Origin: Octopus bimaculoides
Taxonomy: Eukaryota
DNA: 64,000 nt
Direction: 5' to 3'
Assembly (NCBI RefSeq): GCF_001194135.2
Contig: NC_068987.1
Coordinates: 48,493,410 to 48,557,409, forward strand
Both the position numbers and the translations under genes were made by a program. Below the pieces are notes generated by a model, which worked only from the letters and a program-made list of their open reading frames with translations, had not been told where the DNA came from and did no database searches. Below are positions 26,401 through 36,575 of the stretch, in pieces. Numbering within the stretch: the stretch's first letter is position 1; each line of letters opens with the position of its first letter.

Positions 26401-29400
26401 CCACTTGTCTGTGGAACAATTGTCTTGTATGAAATTATGCATTATTTTTCAGAGCAGGTCACTTTGGAACATTGAAGAATATGATTTTTTAAAACAAGTA
26501 TTGATTCATCAGCATTGTTTAACATCCACTTTCCATGCTGGCTTGTACTGGACAGTTTGACATGGAGCTGGCCAGCTGGGAACTGTCCAGACTCCAACTG
26601 TCTGTTGTGGCATGGTTTCTACGGTTGGATGCCCTTTCTAATGCCAACTGCTTGACAGTGTGCTAAATGCTTTTTATGTGCCACCAGCACAGGTGTGTTT
26701 ATGTAGCAGCGGTATGGGTGGTTTTTTGTAGCATTGGCACTCGAAAGAACAAGCTTGTATGTGTAGAAGGCAGCAATTTTACTTAGCTTGATGCATCTTA
26801 TCAAGTACAACAAATCGCTACATTTCCCAGTCCCTTGTCATTTCCTCAGCATGGCCCAGCATCTGAAGATCCTTTCTCACCACTTTGTCCCATGTCTTCC
26901 TGGGTCTACCCCTTTCACAATTGGAGCTCAGCACTTTTTTATGCAGTTATCCTCATCCATATGCATTACATGACCAAACCAGTGCAGTCTTCTCTCTTGT
27001 ACACATCTGATGCCTCTTATGCACAGTTTTCCTTAAATCATTTACACTCTGTTGTGTATGCACACTGACATTATCCATCCAGTGGAGTATGCTAGCTGCA
27101 TTTCTTTCAAACCTTTGCAATTCCTCTGTAGTCAAAGCCCATGTTTCACTGCCATGTAAAATAGCTGTATGTACACATGCATCATACAATCTGCTTTTCA
27201 CTCTCAAGGAGAGGCTCTTATTGACCAACAAAGGTAGAAGCACTCTAAACTTTGTTCAGTCTGTTCTTATTCTAGCAACTACACTTTCAGAACTTCCTTC
27301 CCCACTGCTAAGTCTCCTAGGTAACAGAAGCTATCTACTACTTCTAATGATCTCCACCAAGCATTTGAAGGGGTCTACTGTCTACACATTTTTAGTATTT
27401 ATTGTACCTGCACATTTACCAGACACAAAGACTATATTCTCTGTTAACCTTCTTGTGATACCGCTACACCTCTTATGTGTCTAAAGCTTGCGCTAGGTAC
27501 AACATATGTTGTTTCTACCAACACCCTTCTTACATATTGAGCAGGGCCATCTCCCAGAAGGGACTTGTGATTTGTCTGTTTTCCTACTTACTTTGGTTTT
27601 TGCTAAATTAACTCTCAGGCCCTTTGATTCCAGGCCTGGTTTCCACACCTGAAATTTCTTTCCTAGGTCAGATAGTGGTTCAATTACAAAAACAAGGTCA
27701 TCAGTGTAGAGGAACTTCCAGAGACAGCCAGTCTTGAATTCCTCTGGTAAAGCCTGGAGGACTAAGATAAATAAGAGAGGCCTGAGCCTTGGTAAACTCC
27801 TACCTGTACATTGAATTCCTCGCTACACTAATTGCCAACCATCACCTTACTGGCAGCATCCCTGTACATGGTTTGTACTGCTCTCATTAACCACTCATCT
27901 ATCTCTAGTTCCTGCATTAACCATCAGTGAAGGAAGCGGAGGACCTTGTCAAAGACTTTCTCCATGTCGACAAAAGCCAGGTACAGAGGTTTATTTTTGG
28001 CTAATTACTTCTCCTGTAGTTGCCTAAGCAGGAATATAACACCAGTCATGCTCTTACTTGACACAAATCCGAACTGCATCATATCTATGGTAATTCTCTT
28101 CCTAATTAATTGTGCTACGACTCTTTCTGTGTCTTACATCACCTGGTCTAGCAATTTGATGCCTCTGTAATTATTTCTGTCTAAGGCATCACCTTTGCCT
28201 TTGTAGCAGCTAACTACAATGCTGCTACACCAATCGTTGGGTATGACTCCTTTACAGATAACCTGACTAACTATACGAGTGACTAAGATATGTCCTACTC
28301 CACTACATATTTTAACCATCTAAGTTGTGATGCCCGATGGGCCAGGGGCTTTCCTTGTCTTCATATCCGCAATTGCTTTATCTACCAAGCTACTGTTGAT
28401 TCAGATAGCTGGTCCCTCAGTTGGGTCTACATTTGGCAAACTCTCTATGTCCCATGTATTGTCCACATCTAGCAGCATTCCACACCTTTAGATAGTTGTT
28501 CAAACCACCACAATCATAAAATCATCTGATAGCACAAGTTGGATACATATACATACCTGTCTGCATCCCATCGTGAAAAATACCCTACTGGAAAGGCTGG
28601 CTCTCTTTGGTAACCTTGTATTTGTGGGTCTGAAACAAGCAGGAGCACCATGTCTCCATCATGTCTGGAAGAGAGGAAAAAAAGAATGGAAGTTGAGGAA
28701 TGTCAACACAGATTAAATTTCTAGATTAAAATAAAACATGCAAGATTATCAGTAAACTCTTGTCATAAACACAAGACATCTTATCAATGCTGTAACAACT
28801 CTGTCAGCTTGATGCCAAAATGCCTGAGCTAATAAGAGTCAATTTTTTTTTTGATAACTTGGCTCAAAATGGATTTATGAGAAAAAATAGAAAACAAGTT
28901 AGCATAAGTCTCAAGAGCATACATGATTTGAGTAGAATACCTAAATAATAGTTTGGAAATAAAATTAAGTTGCTGGGAGCTTACAACTAGTCTATGGCAT
29001 TAACCATACATACCTACAAACATATATATAAGATCATCATCAAATCATTGAATGTCCATGTTCAATACTGGTATGGGCTGGATGGTTTGACAAGCTCTGA
29101 CAGGTCCAAAGACTGCATCATGCTCCATTGTCTGCTTTGGCATGGTTTCTATAGCTTCCTAATGCCAACCATTTTACAGCGCATTGGATGCTTTTTACAT
29201 AGCATCTGTAGCAATGAAATCACCAAGGAACTTGCAAGACCTCTCAACTGAGGTAGGAATAGTATTGAAGGAGGTGATTTAGTGCCAGGTGATGAGATGT
29301 TAGAGTACTAATAGTACAGGCACTCCATTGGTTATGACAAGGGTTCCAGTTGATTCAATCAGTGGATCACCTGCTTGTGAAATTAATGTTTAAGTGGCTG

Positions 29401-29943
29401 AGCACTCCACAGACATGCATATCCTTAACATAATTCTCAGGCAGATTCAGTATGACACAGAGTGTGACACAAGGCAGGCCCTTTGAATTACAGGTACACT
29501 TCATTTTTGCCAGCCAAGTTAACTGGAGCAATGTAAAATAAGGTGTCTTGCTCAAGAACACAACGCACCATCAGGAATCAAACTTATGACTTTACAATTG
29601 TAAAGTGAATACCCTAACCACTAAGCTATGCATCTTCATGTATGAGTAGAAAGACAAAAAAAGGTCTTGCAGTAGAGGAGATACATGGCTACCTTAGTTG
29701 GGGAGGGAGGGAGAGAGAGAGGGGGAGAGAGGGTAAAACAGGATAACTATTGGAAGGGTAGAAATATGAAAGAAAACATCATTACCTTGTTTCCACAGGG
29801 ATAGGTGCCCATTGGAGATAGTGGGCAAAATGTAAAACATATTCATTACCAATTATTAATAGTAAGCCAGATAGAAACAAAAAACTTTTGCTTGTAATTC
29901 TTTTAATGAGGCGAGAAGCAATGTTTGGCCCCTTAATACCCAT
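2869..29943 (-). CDS. MPPE1: Metallophosphoesterase (MPPE1/PGAP5-Cdc1-Ted1 family), spliced CDS join(29786-29943,28557-28664,25295-25457,18325-18462,16163-16303,6203-6253,4891-5095,2869-3047), 1143 nt, 380 aa
   Basis: Manual exon chaining: all introns GT-AG with compatible phases and no internal stops. Calcineurin-like motifs in order: [37 protein letters not shown], then VPTCSYRMG. One N-terminal and one C-terminal hydrophobic segment. The symbol is family-level; strict orthology not tested. Confidence 0.9.
3137..3367 (+). mobile_element. ~230-bp TTAA-flanked MITE (piggyBac-like ends); related copies ~14360-14560, 15360-15590, 19193-19402(-), 49760-50405, 50747-50932(-), 53730-53902, 54870-55096
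   Basis: Termini TTAACCCTTTTGATACC ... GGTAACAAAAGGGTTAA; conserved internal AT-rich body. Confidence 0.75.
4891..5095 (-). CDS. MPPE1: MPPE1-like coding exon 7 ([10 protein letters not shown]...[23 protein letters not shown])
   Basis: Acceptor tgtag, donor A/gtaagt. Overlaps track ORF 4883-5083. VPTCSYRMG motif. Confidence 0.92.
6203..6253 (-). CDS. MPPE1: MPPE1-like coding exon 6 ([17 protein letters not shown])
   Basis: Acceptor tgtgttgcag, donor AAG/gtaatt. GHxH motif. Confidence 0.92.
7237..7281. repeat. 16-bp tandem repeat (ATCTATGAAGCATAGC x ~2.8)
   Basis: Read directly from the sequence. Confidence 0.9.
7961..8200. repeat. Inverted repeat (arms ~7961-8057 and 8101-8200, 43-bp spacer) with a hammerhead-like motif in each arm
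   Basis: GAGAAAATAGAAAACTTTTGACAATGC is perfectly inverted in the two arms and homology continues through the ribozyme motif. Confidence 0.85.
8103..8140 (+). ncRNA. Minimal type I hammerhead ribozyme, core retained
   Basis: UCUU CUGAAGA U GGGC cuucgu GUCU GAAA CA UA/AAGA: stem I UCUU/AAGA; deviations look like CpG decay. Confidence 0.7.
10741..11175 (+). mobile_element. SINE with family-B head and RTE-type 3' tail; further copies ~845-1195(+), 17755-18150(+), 24440-24810(-), 24878-25265(+), 33225-33520(-)
   Basis: Shared head, central (TG/TA)n, then ggaagggcatccagcc(g/a)tagaaa...cccatgcaagcatggaaaagtggacgttaaa(atg)n. Confidence 0.85.
14821..15254 (+). mobile_element. Internally deleted Tc1/mariner-superfamily transposon (DUF4817-like HTH fused to the transposase C-terminus)
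   Basis: [19 protein letters not shown]...[11 protein letters not shown]...[12 protein letters not shown] joined to CINENGHHM; 3' end ccccaccctg/TA. Confidence 0.75.
16163..16303 (-). CDS. MPPE1: MPPE1-like coding exon 5 ([47 protein letters not shown])
   Basis: Acceptor ttttttag, donor gtaagt. Phase 0-0. RIILNH motif. Confidence 0.9.
17001..17263 (+). mobile_element. Solo LTR-like element
   Basis: TGTAGT...TTACA ends, AATAAA near the 3' end, CpG-rich, two (G/A)CGCATGCG motifs. No TSD found. Confidence 0.5.
17358..17397 (-). ncRNA. Type I hammerhead-like fold with mutated core
   Basis: ACUGU CCGAUUA ACA GGAA UGU GAAA CUC C GAG UA/ACAGU: all three stems pair perfectly; core has U4C and G8U. 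Confidence 0.65.
18325..18462 (-). CDS. MPPE1: MPPE1-like coding exon 4 ([46 protein letters not shown])
   Basis: Acceptor tttttcag, donor AAG/gtatgc. PGDNDIGG motif and RFERYF. Confidence 0.94.
18615..18995 (-). mobile_element. tRNA-derived SINE (family B); partial copy at ~30325-30530(-)
   Basis: Head gtgtggtaagaagc...gttcagtccca...cttgggcaagtgtcttct...actgaaagaagcc; tail aagtaaaagataaa. Confidence 0.85.
19405..19975 (+). repeat. 5' LTR (first ~12 bp missing, 26-bp internal deletion)
   Basis: Direct repeat of 23736-24331, ends ccactaca, followed by tt and the PBS. Confidence 0.9.
19978..19990 (+). promoter_or_regulatory. Primer-binding site, tRNA-Trp-like
   Basis: TGGTGACCCTGTC 2 nt after the LTR; resembles the complement of the metazoan tRNA-Trp 3' end (TGGTGACCCCGAC, recalled). 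Confidence 0.7.
20140..22920 (+). pseudogene. gag (3' part only) and pol remnants of the gypsy element
   Basis: Track ORFs 20181-23084 are fragments of one frameshifted gag-pol. The RT catalytic YxDD reads SINN. Integrase is truncated after TDRG...LTRLL. Confidence 0.9.
23724..24331 (+). repeat. 3' LTR (TG...CA, 608 bp)
   Basis: Starts tgtaaaa immediately after the polypurine tract aagtgggggatag (23711-23723) and ends ccactaca. Confidence 0.92.
25295..25457 (-). CDS. MPPE1: MPPE1-like coding exon 3 ([54 protein letters not shown])
   Basis: Acceptor tttcccttccag, donor gtgagt. GDxxD motif. Confidence 0.94.
25702..26096 (-). mobile_element. Solo LTR-like element
   Basis: Minus strand starts TGTAGTGGCGCG and ends TTTACA, with AATAAA inside, CpG-rich, two CGCATGCG motifs. 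No clean TSD. Confidence 0.55.
26505..28480 (-). mobile_element. RTE-clade LINE, 5'-truncated and internally deleted
   Basis: [45 protein letters not shown] and the family 3' tail ending near 26505. Confidence 0.9.
28557..28664 (-). CDS. MPPE1: MPPE1-like coding exon 2 ([36 protein letters not shown])
   Basis: Acceptor cctctcttccag, donor AG/gtatgt. Carries the DPQ metal-binding motif and WDADR. Confidence 0.93.
29786..29943 (-). CDS. MPPE1: MPPE1-like coding exon 1 ([53 protein letters not shown])
   Basis: Acceptor tttatatttgcag at 29958, in-frame TGA just upstream of ATG 29943, donor AG/gtaatg at 29785. Hydrophobic anchor followed by NEY..W. Confidence 0.85.
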
Positions 29944-30546
29944 TTGTTCTAGTCATGCTGCAAATATAAAATAAACAGATGAGTGGATATATTTTTAACG
30001 AGTTAGAAAATAAATTAACTCCAATATATTAATACTTACTGTATTCATTAACAGTTCAAATAATATAAAAACTAGCTGGACCCATGAAAACTTCACAAAA
30101 ACATAAATGTAAGCATCTGTAAATTGTGTGCTGGTGCCATGAGAAATGTTTCTATATTGTGACACTTACAGAATATAGAAAGAAGTGTAAAACTGATAAA
30201 TATATATACCCATCCAAAATATCTGTTACGCAAATATAAACAGAATTACTTTTTAGCCTTAAAATACATTGTACATATTCAAAGAACCTTCTTGGTTTAG
30301 TGGTACAGAATGTTCTTCTGGTATTCTTTTATTCTTTTACTTGTTTCAGTCATTTGACAGTGGCCATGCAAGAGCACCACCCTTTAGTCAAAGAAATCAA
30401 CCCCTGGACTTATTCCCTGTAAGCCTGGTACTTATTCTATCAGTCTCTTCTGCAGAACAGCTAAGTTACAGGGATGCAAATACACCAACATCAGTTGTCA
30501 AGCAATGGTGGTGGGGGGGACAAACACACATAAATATATACATATA

Positions 30547-30688
30547 CAGGAGTTGGACAAAATAATGGAAACACCTTAAAATTTCAAACAAATTTATTTT
30601 GATATGGGGTAGGAGCGCCTTTGGCAGTAATTATAACTTGAATTCTATGAGGTATGGACTCGTACAAAGTTTGAATTGTTTCCAAAGA
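30547..30688 (+). mobile_element. Tc1-like transposon 5' end
   Basis: TA/CAGGAGTTGGACAAAATAATGGAAACACC terminus; cut off by the RTE 3' end. Confidence 0.65.
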
Positions 30689-31453
30689 CCTGGGATGAGG
30701 TGGTGAAGCACGACCTTCGAACATTAGGCCTCACCGAGGCAATGACTAGTGACTGAGACCTTTGGAAATATGCTGTGCTTGAGAAGACCCGGCAAGCCAA
30801 GTGAGACCATAACCTGTGGGCCTGCTCGACATTCAAAGCATTGGCACCTGGTGGGACCACCCACGTTAAAAATAGGGAAGTGTAGACATTACATGTCTTT
30901 ACAATTGGACATTGGACACTAAACTCTGCCTGCAAAGACCTGTTGAGGCAAGTGAAATCAAAATCAAATTCGATGACAGCACCACATAACTGGCATCTGT
31001 GCTAGTGGAGCAGTAAGAGCACCATCCGAGCATAATCGTTGCCAGGACCACTGACTGGCTCCCGTGCTGGTGGCACGTAAAAAATCACCATTCAAGCATG
31101 ATCGTTACAAGCATTGCCTTACTGGCACTTGTGCTGGTAGCACGTGAAAAACAACATTCAAGCGAGGTTGTTACCAGTGCCGCTGGACTGGCTCCTGTGC
31201 AGGTAGCATGGAAAAAACACCATTTGAGTGTGGCCATTGCTAGTACCGCCTGACTGGCCCTCATTCCGGTGGCACGTAAAAGCACCCACTACACTCTCGG
31301 AGTGGTTGGCATTAGGAAGGGCATCCAGCTGTAGAAACTCTGCCAGATCAGATTGGAGCCTGGTGCAGCCATCTGGCTTGCCAGTCCTCAGTCAAACCGT
31401 CCAACCCATGCCAGCATGGAAAGCGGACGTTAAACAATGATGATGATGATGAT
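30689..31453 (+). mobile_element. RTE-clade LINE 3' end with 3' UTR of ~60-70-bp subrepeats and (ATG)n tail
   Basis: TWDEVVKHDLRTLGLTEAM...AVLEKTRQAK*; repeated ggtggcacgtaaaa units; ends gttaaacaatgatgatgatg. Confidence 0.88.
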
Positions 31454-34058
31454 ATATAATGGGCATCTTTAAGTTTCCATCTACCAAATTCACTCGTGAG
31501 GCCTTGGTTGGTCTGAGGCTATAGTAGAAGACACTCTTTGAAGTATAGAGCTGAATTTTGTGTAGCCACCTGCAGGCAACTTTTCTTCCCCAGCCATTTT
31601 GTAGGGGATATTACTCAGTTTTCTGGACTCTTTTCACAGCTATACCCCATTCCAAATGTGCATTAGTTTTTGTATGAAAAAAAAAAGGAAGAGAGGGGGA
31701 CTTGTTTGTAGAGAAAATGTTAAACGTGCCTGAAAAAAACACATGGTCTTTCCTCCCAACTAAAAGATATGAAGAACTATGGAAGAAGGCGAATAAGTAC
31801 TGGGAGTGGGGGAAAGAATAGAGAACTAACACTCAATCATTCTAGAACTCGCAGAATAAAACGTAAACACCCAAAAGACTTTCCCTCTATTCATTACTAA
31901 ATGTCTTTCCTTCTTCTTCATTGTTAAAAGTAAAGAAGCTAGAAAAGACCAATCATATTTCAGTCTAATTGTCATTGTAAATGACTGATGCTTTCCTTTC
32001 TCTGTCTCTATCACTTCACTCCTTTTCTCCTTGGTTAAGAGAGTGAAGGTGCATGGCTCAGTGGTTAGGGGTATTTGGCCCATGATCGTAAAGTCATGAG
32101 TATGATTCCGTGTTCTTGAGCAAGATAATCTACTTCACCTTGCTGCAGTCCACTTAACTGGCCAAAACGAGTTGTAGCTATAATTCAAAGGGGCCAACCT
32201 TGTCACATTCTGTGAGGCTGAATTTCCCTGAGAATTATGTTACGGTATGAGTGTCTGTGGAGTACTCAGCCACTTGTGCGTTAATTTTATGAGCTGACAG
32301 TTCTGTCAATCAGATAAACAGGAACCTTGTTGTCATAACCAATGGAGTGTCATTTTTTAAAAAGAGTGAAAGAAAAGGAAATGTTCCATATCGTAAGGCA
32401 AAAATGTCGTGTTTAGTATAAGCTGTGAAAGCTAAGACAAAATTATTGCTATTCTGTCGTGTATTCACCCTCGACTCATGCTCAGTTTGATAACAACAGC
32501 CTGCACATCAGTGTTTATCTGTAAAACCCACAAATGCTGCTGTTAAGACTGAATTAGCACCCATAGTGACCCTAACAACTAAAAAAGATTTTCCTGCCCC
32601 TGTATAGGATCTTTTTTCATTTTCTTCCAACCACTTGAAGGTTCATCTTGCTCCAGTCTACTCAGCTGGCCAAAATGAGTTGTAGCTGTAATTGAAAGGG
32701 GCCAGCCTTGTCATATTCTGTATGAGGCTGAATTGCCCTGAGAACTACGTTAATGGTATGCATGTCTGTGGAGTACTCAGCCACTTGCGAGTTAATTTTA
32801 TCCTCATATGGTAATGAAAAGTGAGTGACATCCAATATTTGCTGTAGTTATTTGTCTTTGATTTAACAATGTGTCTATGTATCAACTTTTCTTTTGATTT
32901 ATGTGTCTACTTTTCTTGCAATATATATATCAGTCTATTCTGAAAATACTGATAAACATTTAAAAACAGAAAACGAACTGTCACCACTCACTGTCTCTCT
33001 CACTTCCTCTCTTCCGCTTTACCATTCACCTTTTCCTTTGAAGTGTGACACACACCACAGGTATGTATGTACGAAAATGAAATGCTGGCATATTAATATT
33101 ACTGATAAATATAATTTTTTAAAAATATAATTGCTCGATTTTATGATATGCAAGTATAGTATCCAAGTTGCTTGTTAAGTGACTTTTCAACACCAGAAAG
33201 CTGAGACTGCAGGATTAAGTCCATTAATTTTGTTGCATCATCATTTTAATATCTACTTTTCCATACTTGCTTAAGTTGGACAGTTTATCAAGGTAAATTT
33301 CCTAGGGCTGGATGGCCTTCCTGTTGTCAATTCTCACCTGTTTCCAAATAAGGCAATATTTTCGCTTGGCCCAAACATGTTTTCCATGAAAGGCTGAAAC
33401 AGTATCACTGGTATGAGTGATGCTTGTTTTACAAACTATCATGTGATATCAAGACAAGGGTACACACAAGCATTCATATATTTCCCTATGGCCAGACATG
33501 TTTTTGCAAAATATTGGTTTCAAATTTTGGTACAGGGCTAGCAATTTCAGGGCTGGGAGGAAGTCAATTACATTGATCTCAGTACTCAACTGGTACTTAT
33601 TTTATTGACCCCTAAAAGAATGAAAGGCAAAGTCGACCTAATCGGAATTTTAACTTAATACACAGACAGACATAATGCCATTAAGCATTTTGCCTGGCAT
33701 GTTAACAATTCTGTCAGCTTGCCTTTTTGTAGAATATTGAAAGTGAATGACACTGCTTACTTGATACAATAACACTTATTACAAATATCACATGATGTCA
33801 AGACAAGGAAACATATATTTATGCATGATGGGCTTCTTTTAGTTTCTGTCTACCAAAACCACACACAAGGATTTTCAGCTATGGGCTTGTTTGGCCTTGA
33901 GTTGAAGTTCCCCAAGTACCACGCAGTGAGACTGAACTAAAAAAAAAAAAACCCGAAAATTATGTAGTGAGAAGCAAACTTCTTTACCAAATATCCATGA
34001 CTGCACCTATATACATTAATTCAAATCAAAATTTGTAGATTGATTCCGAATAAATTAT

Positions 34059-34166
34059 TTGGCGCAAGTAAAGAATACGTACACTCGGTGTTTAGGGTTA
34101 AGGGTTAGGATTAGGGTTTTTGTTATGTCGAAAGTGGGTGGTGTACGTATTCTTTACCTCCGCCAA
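34059..34166. mobile_element. 108-bp MITE-like hairpin element with telomere-like core
   Basis: 26-bp arms (24/26 complementary), TTAT on both flanks, internal TTAGGG TTAAGGG TTAGGA TTAGGG. Confidence 0.7.
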
Positions 34167-35284
34167 TTATTTTAAACAATTTAAGCACATAGCACTTAGA
34201 GAAAATACTTTCCACCTTAAATCTGAACTGTACTTTTGATGAGTCCCTTTCATCAAGCAGTGCAATTTTCTTAAAAGAAACCGAACTGCCGTTGAGTTAA
34301 TTAGTGGAAACGGAGCCCCTCTAGAAAATGAAGATCATAATTCATCCAACAAGAGTATTGTTTTTATATTACCACCTTGACTCAATGTTATCCTCTTTTA
34401 TTTTCTTATAAGTGAGCTTAGATGGTGCGATATGGCAGTATCCTGAAGAAAGACAAACATGTGTTCGAAATAAGGCGACTAGATTTCAACTGTTATCGTC
34501 AAGCAGAATGAAGATGTGACACATGTTTCATTTACAGAACAGGAAAGCTTTTTCAATATTTAATTGATGCCAACATCAAGTTTGAAGGATGCTGTTTACA
34601 GTTTATAAGAAAAATAATCTCTGGACTGGTGGATCATTGTTCAGAATTTATTATAGTGTTGCAAACACTAATACTTATTTAGTTGGTAATTTTTCAATAA
34701 CCTAAATTTGTTGTCTAGCTGATTATCATATAAATCTTTTAACCAAATAAAACAGTGTTATGGTGATTTTTAAATTTACGCATTCAAATTAAAGCGTATA
34801 AAACGTGAAAATTCCTCACTAGTATTAAATAATTAAGTGAATAATATTATGAAAACGGGAACCCAATGTATTCAATCATTCAAACATTTCTTATTTTATA
34901 GGTTTTTAACTTTTAAAATTCATGTGTGTAACAACATTCGTATAACATTTATGTCACGAAATGATCGTAAACAAAATAGTAGCGACATATTCGTAATTTA
35001 AAGGAATATATATATCAGCGATCATGAATCCGGAATTCATATTCAAACACTGGGAAATAGATACTGAAGCTAATTTAATTTGCACGTAAGTTTCTATATG
35101 TAAATGTATGGTTAATTCGAATGAATGGCGAGGAAGAAATATTAGAGCACCTGCTGTTAATAGTACATTGGGGAGTAAAACAAGTTTTTTAACAAGAATT
35201 GCAATCAATAATTAGAGGACTTCATAACAATGAACTTGAGTGGAATTCCGCATATTTTGTTAAGCAAAAGATAAACAGCCTTAC

Positions 35285-35370
35285 CTAATTACACATGTTT
35301 CTTATTAAACCTGTCTGCTATTGCTGTGGGATGAAAAAATTTCTAAAGTAACCATGTGACTTCCGGTTGG
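35285..35370 (-). promoter_or_regulatory. Probable promoter and non-coding first exon of the MPPE1-like gene
   Basis: ETS-type CCGGAAGT (35359-35366, minus) next to CACATG, AG/GTAAGG donor at 35284, locally higher CpG content than the gene body. Confidence 0.45.
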
Positions 35371-35714
35371 TCTTTAAACAGCGGTGCTATCTCCCACTTG
35401 GGATATGTTTCCTGCGTGCATTTTTTATTTATTGTCTTAATTTATAGGAAGCACAACGCCTAATACTGTTCGATTTTTTAATATAAGGACAAATGTTCCA
35501 TATTTTGGATGATTGGGAAGTGTGATCGCAATATCGGAGTATAACGTATCGTTTTTAACTGCAGCAAAAATCGTTTTACATCCTGTAGGGCAGTGTGTCG
35601 TTGGCTCCAACCAAGGGTTTTATTCCTACTTCACGTCTGACAATTTCAAATTGTCCATGCTTAAAATTGTGAATAATATAAAGCAGAAGTGTACAATTCA
35701 GGTACTGTTCAGTA

Positions 35715-36575
35715 CTTACTTGTATAAAATTGTTTTAAGCCTAGTGAGATGGATAACATTCTGTCAATACTAGGAGCTTGTTCACAGGTCCTTTTCCACT
35801 AGTACAATTAATTTGTCATGTGTGGTACAGCACTTCGACAGTTGTAGCTAATAGTAACAGACAGGGTCAAATTTTGCAGTAAGTTCCCTCCAGTGTGCAT
35901 CAAGCTTGTTCTTGAAGGCATTGACTCATGGAGCTGCAACCACACTGTTTGGAAGACTGTTCCAGGTGGTAGTCACACGCTGTATGAAAAAGCAGCTTCT
36001 AATGTTGAGCCTGCAGTGTGATCTTTCCAATTTCAGGCTGTGTCCTTTTGTACTTCTGCCTTGGAAGTAGTTGAATTGGGGGCGGTTGGTCAGGTACAGG
36101 CCATGCATATACTTGTACATGTTGATCATATTCCCCCTGAGATGGCGATGTTCGAGACTAGGCAAGTTTCGTGCAGCCAAGTGCTCTGGGTATGGCTTTT
36201 CTTTCAAGGATGCAATGAGTTTGGTGGCACGCCTCTGAACTTCCTCCAACTCGCAACACATTGCCAAACTGTGTGTCCATATTCAAGAATCGGGTGAACT
36301 AGAGACTTTTACAGCTGGACGAAGACAACAAGGGTGATGAAGTCAAATGATCGTTGGATGACTCCAAGGATTCGATTTGCTTTTACAGTTGCTTGGTTTA
36401 TGTGGTTCCTGAAAGTCAACCCTTTGTCGATCAAGACGCCAAGATCCCCCTCTACCGCACTTTCTGCTAGCTCAATCACAGTCTGTTCCCCCTGTGCATC
36501 ATGGCCACTCATGTAGTATTTCCTGTCCGTCTTCGGGTTCCCCACTCTCAAGATGGAGTTCTTTAGCATGTCTAA
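35715..36575 (-). mobile_element. CR1-clade LINE 3' fragment
   Basis: DLGVLIDKGLTFRNHINQATVKANRILGVIQRSF, LEEVQRRATKLI, RGNMINMYKYMHG, RVTTTWNSLP. Confidence 0.9.

Noticed and set aside
30980-31300. Regularly spaced repeats resembling a CRISPR array
   Set aside because: Eukaryotic context, degenerate units with homologous spacers, part of a LINE 3' UTR.
34441-34480. CTGAAGA...TTCGAAA motif
   Set aside because: Weak stem II, no NUH site and no stem I.
35024-35085. Plus-strand ATG-to-donor frame MNPEFIFKHWEIDTEANLIC as a first exon of a divergent gene
   Set aside because: No convincing downstream exon or homology; the only nearby acceptor gives an early stop.
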